In this document: piece by piece, positions 61,349 through 64,000 of the stretch | Layout of the letters: every line of letters begins with the position of its first letter | Position numbering within the stretch: the stretch's first letter is position 1 | Assembly: GCA_963843145.1 (NCBI GenBank) | Contig: CAWJJC010000027.1 | Span: 352,001 to 416,000 of the forward strand | Origin: an uncultured delta proteobacterium | GTDB lineage: Bacteria; Desulfobacterota; RBG-13-43-22 | Length of the DNA stretch: 64,000 nt | Direction of reading: 5' to 3' | Notes under the pieces: model-generated | Seen by the model: only the letters and a program-made list of their open reading frames with translations | What the model was told of the DNA's origin: nothing | The model's database searches: none | Position numbers and translations under genes: made by a program

Positions 61349-63553
61349 TTACTGAAATCGAGCTTGGAGGGCCTTATAGTTCCAGCCGAAGGAAACCAGC
61401 AGCTCCTCCCCGGCCTTGAGGAGCAGTTCGAGGTATTTTTTTTGGTCGTAGGGTTCTTGGCCGCTCAGGAAGGGGGCGGGGACCACCCGCTCCTCGGGCC
61501 GGGTCGCCCCGCTGTCTCGCAGGAGAAAGGACACCCGTTGGCCGGGCTGGAGGGTCAGCCCCTCGGCCTCCAGTTGCTGGAGGGTCAGGGCCGACTGGGT
61601 AGCCACCCGGTACTGGTCCAGGGGACGGCTGGATCGGCGGGTGATGATCAGTTCCGTGGGGTGGACCCGTCCGTCTTTCAGCAGTCCGGCGTATTCGCCC
61701 AGACGGGTCAGCATTTCCGGCACCTGTTTTTCCAGAGCTTGCCGGTCTCCGGCCCGGGCCATCCAGCCCAGAAGTTCCTCCTGCACCTCCCGGACGAAGC
61801 GGGGGACGTCCTTGCGGCAGCGGGCGATCCCCCGGGTCTTGAGGGTCCCGTTTTGAAAGGCCCCGAAGTAGCGGTTGGCCACCGGACGGCGCGGCTGGAC
61901 CTTGGAAGGCAGGAAGACGATCCAATGATAAATTCCCTCCAGACTTATGGGAACCTGAGTCTTTCGCTCGATTTCCTCAAGCAAAATCTTAAGGTCCACT
62001 TCCGTCAGCCGCTCCCCCTGGAGCCAGAGGGAATCGGTCAGCCCGTGGAGGACCTGGTAGCCCCGGGCCTCGGCGCACTCCTTGGCGATCAGCAGCTTGT
62101 CCCGGCCGAAGGCGGTGATGGCCTCGTGGGCCTCGATCCGACCGAAGCGGGCGTTCTTGTAGCCCAGGTAGCCGAAGCAGGTGACCAGCACCCACTTCAA
62201 CCCTTTCTGCAGGGCCTGATAAACGGCCATCCGCGGATGCCCGGCCTTGATCCGGGCCTTGAGCTCGGTCCGCAGCTTCAGGATCGGCTCCAATGTTTCA
62301 GGCACCAGTCCCCGACGGCGCCGACAAATATTGTAGCCCGCCTCCGGGACCACCGGTTCCGGGCAGCAGGAACATAGCATGGTTTCGGGCGAGATATTGT
62401 GCCGGACCATGATGGTGGGATACATGGAGGCATAGTCGATCTCGGCCACCCGCTCTCGGAGTCCGATCGGCGGCTGGAAGACCAGCCCTCCCTTGTCCGC
62501 AACCAGGAGGTCCCAGGCGGTCTTGAAGTCCTCGGGCCGCCCCTTTTTCCAGGGGATCAGGATCCCTTTCTGTACCGCCCGGTCGAGCTGCATGGAGGTG
62601 ATGGCCGTGCCCGGCGAGGTCCGGGCCAGGGTCTGGACCGGGATTTTGGTCAGTCGGGCCAGGGAAATGGTTCCCTCCAGGCCGCACTCGCCTTGGGTGA
62701 AGAAAAAGGAATTGTTCCGGTCGATGTGGAAGCGTCCGAAGAGGGGGAAGGCCGCGCCCTGGTAGGCGATCTGACCGTAAGTGAAGTAAGAGCGCCCTTC
62801 CCCCACCCGCCGCCGCGCCGGAGGGTGGGGGTCCCGATCCAGGACCAAAGGAATTCTTTCCTTCTCCGCCCAGCGCCAGAGACAGGGAAAGATGCGGCCG
62901 TCCCCCTGCTGGGAAAGGAGGCAGTCCGGATCCAGACGGGCGATCAGCCGGTTGAACTCGGTCAGGAACTCCGCGGGAGTCAGGCCGTCCAGTTCGAAGA
63001 CCCGGTCCTCGTAAATGACCCGCAGGCTGTTGCCCCGGTCCAAAGGAATCTGGGGGTGTTTCGCCAGGGTGAGCTCGACAACTTTCAGAGAGGGGATCGG
63101 AGCATCCGGGTCCCAGGGAGAATGGAGGACCTTGAGGCCCCGGAGCTGATTGCGCTCCCATTCGAACTCGCAGAAGGCCAGGGGGAAGACGCCCCGCTCG
63201 TAGGCGTAGTACTGGGGGACGGCCAAATCGCAGTTATAAAAGGTGATCCCGCCGGCCCAGTCGGCCAGGCGCCGCTGGATCTCCGGAAGCTTCTGCAGGG
63301 CCCGGACCTCCAGCTCAAAAACCGGCATTGCCTTGCCGCTCCAGAATTCGGTCCGCTTAGTCCAGCCCGTGCGCCGCAGATACCGACCGAGCCCTCTTTC
63401 CAGGGCGCTCAGAGCGGACCGGGTCCCCTGGGCGTAAAAGCGGTAGCCGAAATAGTCGGTCAGGCAGAGCATCTCCCCGCCCGTTAATCGAAACCAGAGG
63501 ACCATCACGTCCTCCCGCACATAGAGGTCGAAGAGCCAGCCTTTGGCGATCAT
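61349..63553 (-). CDS. Family B DNA polymerase, PolB2-like
   Basis: DYASMYP, NISPET, LKWVLVTCFGYLG, HGLTDSLW, NRYFG, RGI; no clear Exo motifs. Confidence 0.85.
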   Translation of the reverse strand: MIAKGWLFDLYVREDVMVLWFRLTGGEMLCLTDYFGYRFYAQGTRSALSALERGLGRYLRRTGWTKRTEFWSGKAMPVFELEVRALQKLPEIQRRLADWAGGITFYNCDLAVPQYYAYERGVFPLAFCEFEWERNQLRGLKVLHSPWDPDAPIPSLKVVELTLAKHPQIPLDRGNSLRVIYEDRVFELDGLTPAEFLTEFNRLIARLDPDCLLSQQGDGRIFPCLWRWAEKERIPLVLDRDPHPPARRRVGEGRSYFTYGQIAYQGAAFPLFGRFHIDRNNSFFFTQGECGLEGTISLARLTKIPVQTLARTSPGTAITSMQLDRAVQKGILIPWKKGRPEDFKTAWDLLVADKGGLVFQPPIGLRERVAEIDYASMYPTIMVRHNISPETMLCSCCPEPVVPEAGYNICRRRRGLVPETLEPILKLRTELKARIKAGHPRMAVYQALQKGLKWVLVTCFGYLGYKNARFGRIEAHEAITAFGRDKLLIAKECAEARGYQVLHGLTDSLWLQGERLTEVDLKILLEEIERKTQVPISLEGIYHWIVFLPSKVQPRRPVANRYFGAFQNGTLKTRGIARCRKDVPRFVREVQEELLGWMARAGDRQALEKQVPEMLTRLGEYAGLLKDGRVHPTELIITRRSSRPLDQYRVATQSALTLQQLEAEGLTLQPGQRVSFLLRDSGATRPEERVVPAPFLSGQEPYDQKKYLELLLKAGEELLVSFGWNYKALQARFQ

Positions 63554-63681
63554 GGGATATTTTTCGGGACTTATCAATTTGTTGCCAATCGGAAGTTAAT
63601 CTTCCAATGAACAAGGATAGGTTTCGCGACGTCTGATGTATTTAAAAGGTTTTGGGTGGACCTGAAGGATCATAAGACCGG

Positions 63682-63940
63682 CTAATTCATTTTTACCGGC
63701 TGCCGAATAACGGTCTTCAGCTTTTCCGAGGCGGTCCTACGGGGATCGCTCAAATAAATCTCGTTAGGACAGGCGGTACAAGGCATCTACCGCCGCCTGG
63801 AAATCCGGTGCAGTATTGGGATCTCCGACCCCATCGGCCATGAGGAAGTTCATGTCCGGCACCTCGACCAGCGTTACTTCTTTGGCGGAAGGGGCGTAAG
63901 AGATGTTATTGTTCTTTTTCAGGTCGATTTTACCCATCAT
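63682..63940 (-). pseudogene. GyrI-like small-molecule-binding protein with internal deletion
   Basis: N-terminus KIDLKK...YAPS...VPDMNFLMADGVGDPN...ALY joined out of frame to C-terminus EIYLSDPRRT...KLKTVIRQP. Confidence 0.75.
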
Positions 63941-64000
63941 GCCCTGTATAACTCAACTTTTCTCAAACGCCCGAGAAATCATCCCGAGAAATTCCAGCTT

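Noticed and set aside
61364-63487. Long antisense and alternate-frame ORFs over polB and other GC-rich genes
   Set aside because: Expected shadows of high GC3 codon usage; no recognisable motifs.

Overview
64 kb of a GC-rich (~55-60%) anaerobic bacterial chromosome. Gene content and repeat types suggest Desulfobacterota/deltaproteobacteria (inference). The left two thirds are mostly housekeeping or metabolic: class I fumarase alpha/beta, surE, selB, pyrK-pyrD, pgeF, a PocR-PAS hybrid kinase, a divergent AOR plus ferredoxin, a GalT-like gene, a 2-hydroxyacyl-CoA dehydratase pair with a Liv-type ABC transporter and acyl-CoA ligase, a BepA-like protease, rsfS-nadD-proA-proB-obgE-rpmA-rplU-rng, a B12 radical SAM enzyme and a PilZ protein. 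At 41.5-44.1 kb lies a decayed integron-cassette cluster with no integrase in the window. It carries an ORF-less group IIC intron inserted at TTGT/T in an attC site. At 46.6-51.8 kb is a tungstate uptake locus (porin-tupABC, a TupA with no signal peptide, and a decayed paralogue). The strongest candidate for an undescribed system is the operon at 51.9-61.2 kb. It encodes a divergent CcsA/CcsB heme lyase pair, an exported CxxCH protein with two molybdopterin-oxidoreductase-like domains fused (across a frameshift) to a tetrapyrrole-methylase domain, an APC permease, a TonB receptor with ExbBD-TonB, and a second signal-peptide-bearing tetrapyrrole methylase. Its promoter shares a 34-bp 13-8-13 palindrome with the promoter of the tungstate transporter. 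The window ends with a PolB2-like DNA polymerase. Several single-base frameshifts in otherwise intact genes may be assembly errors. All assignments come from motif recognition by eye; no database searches were run.
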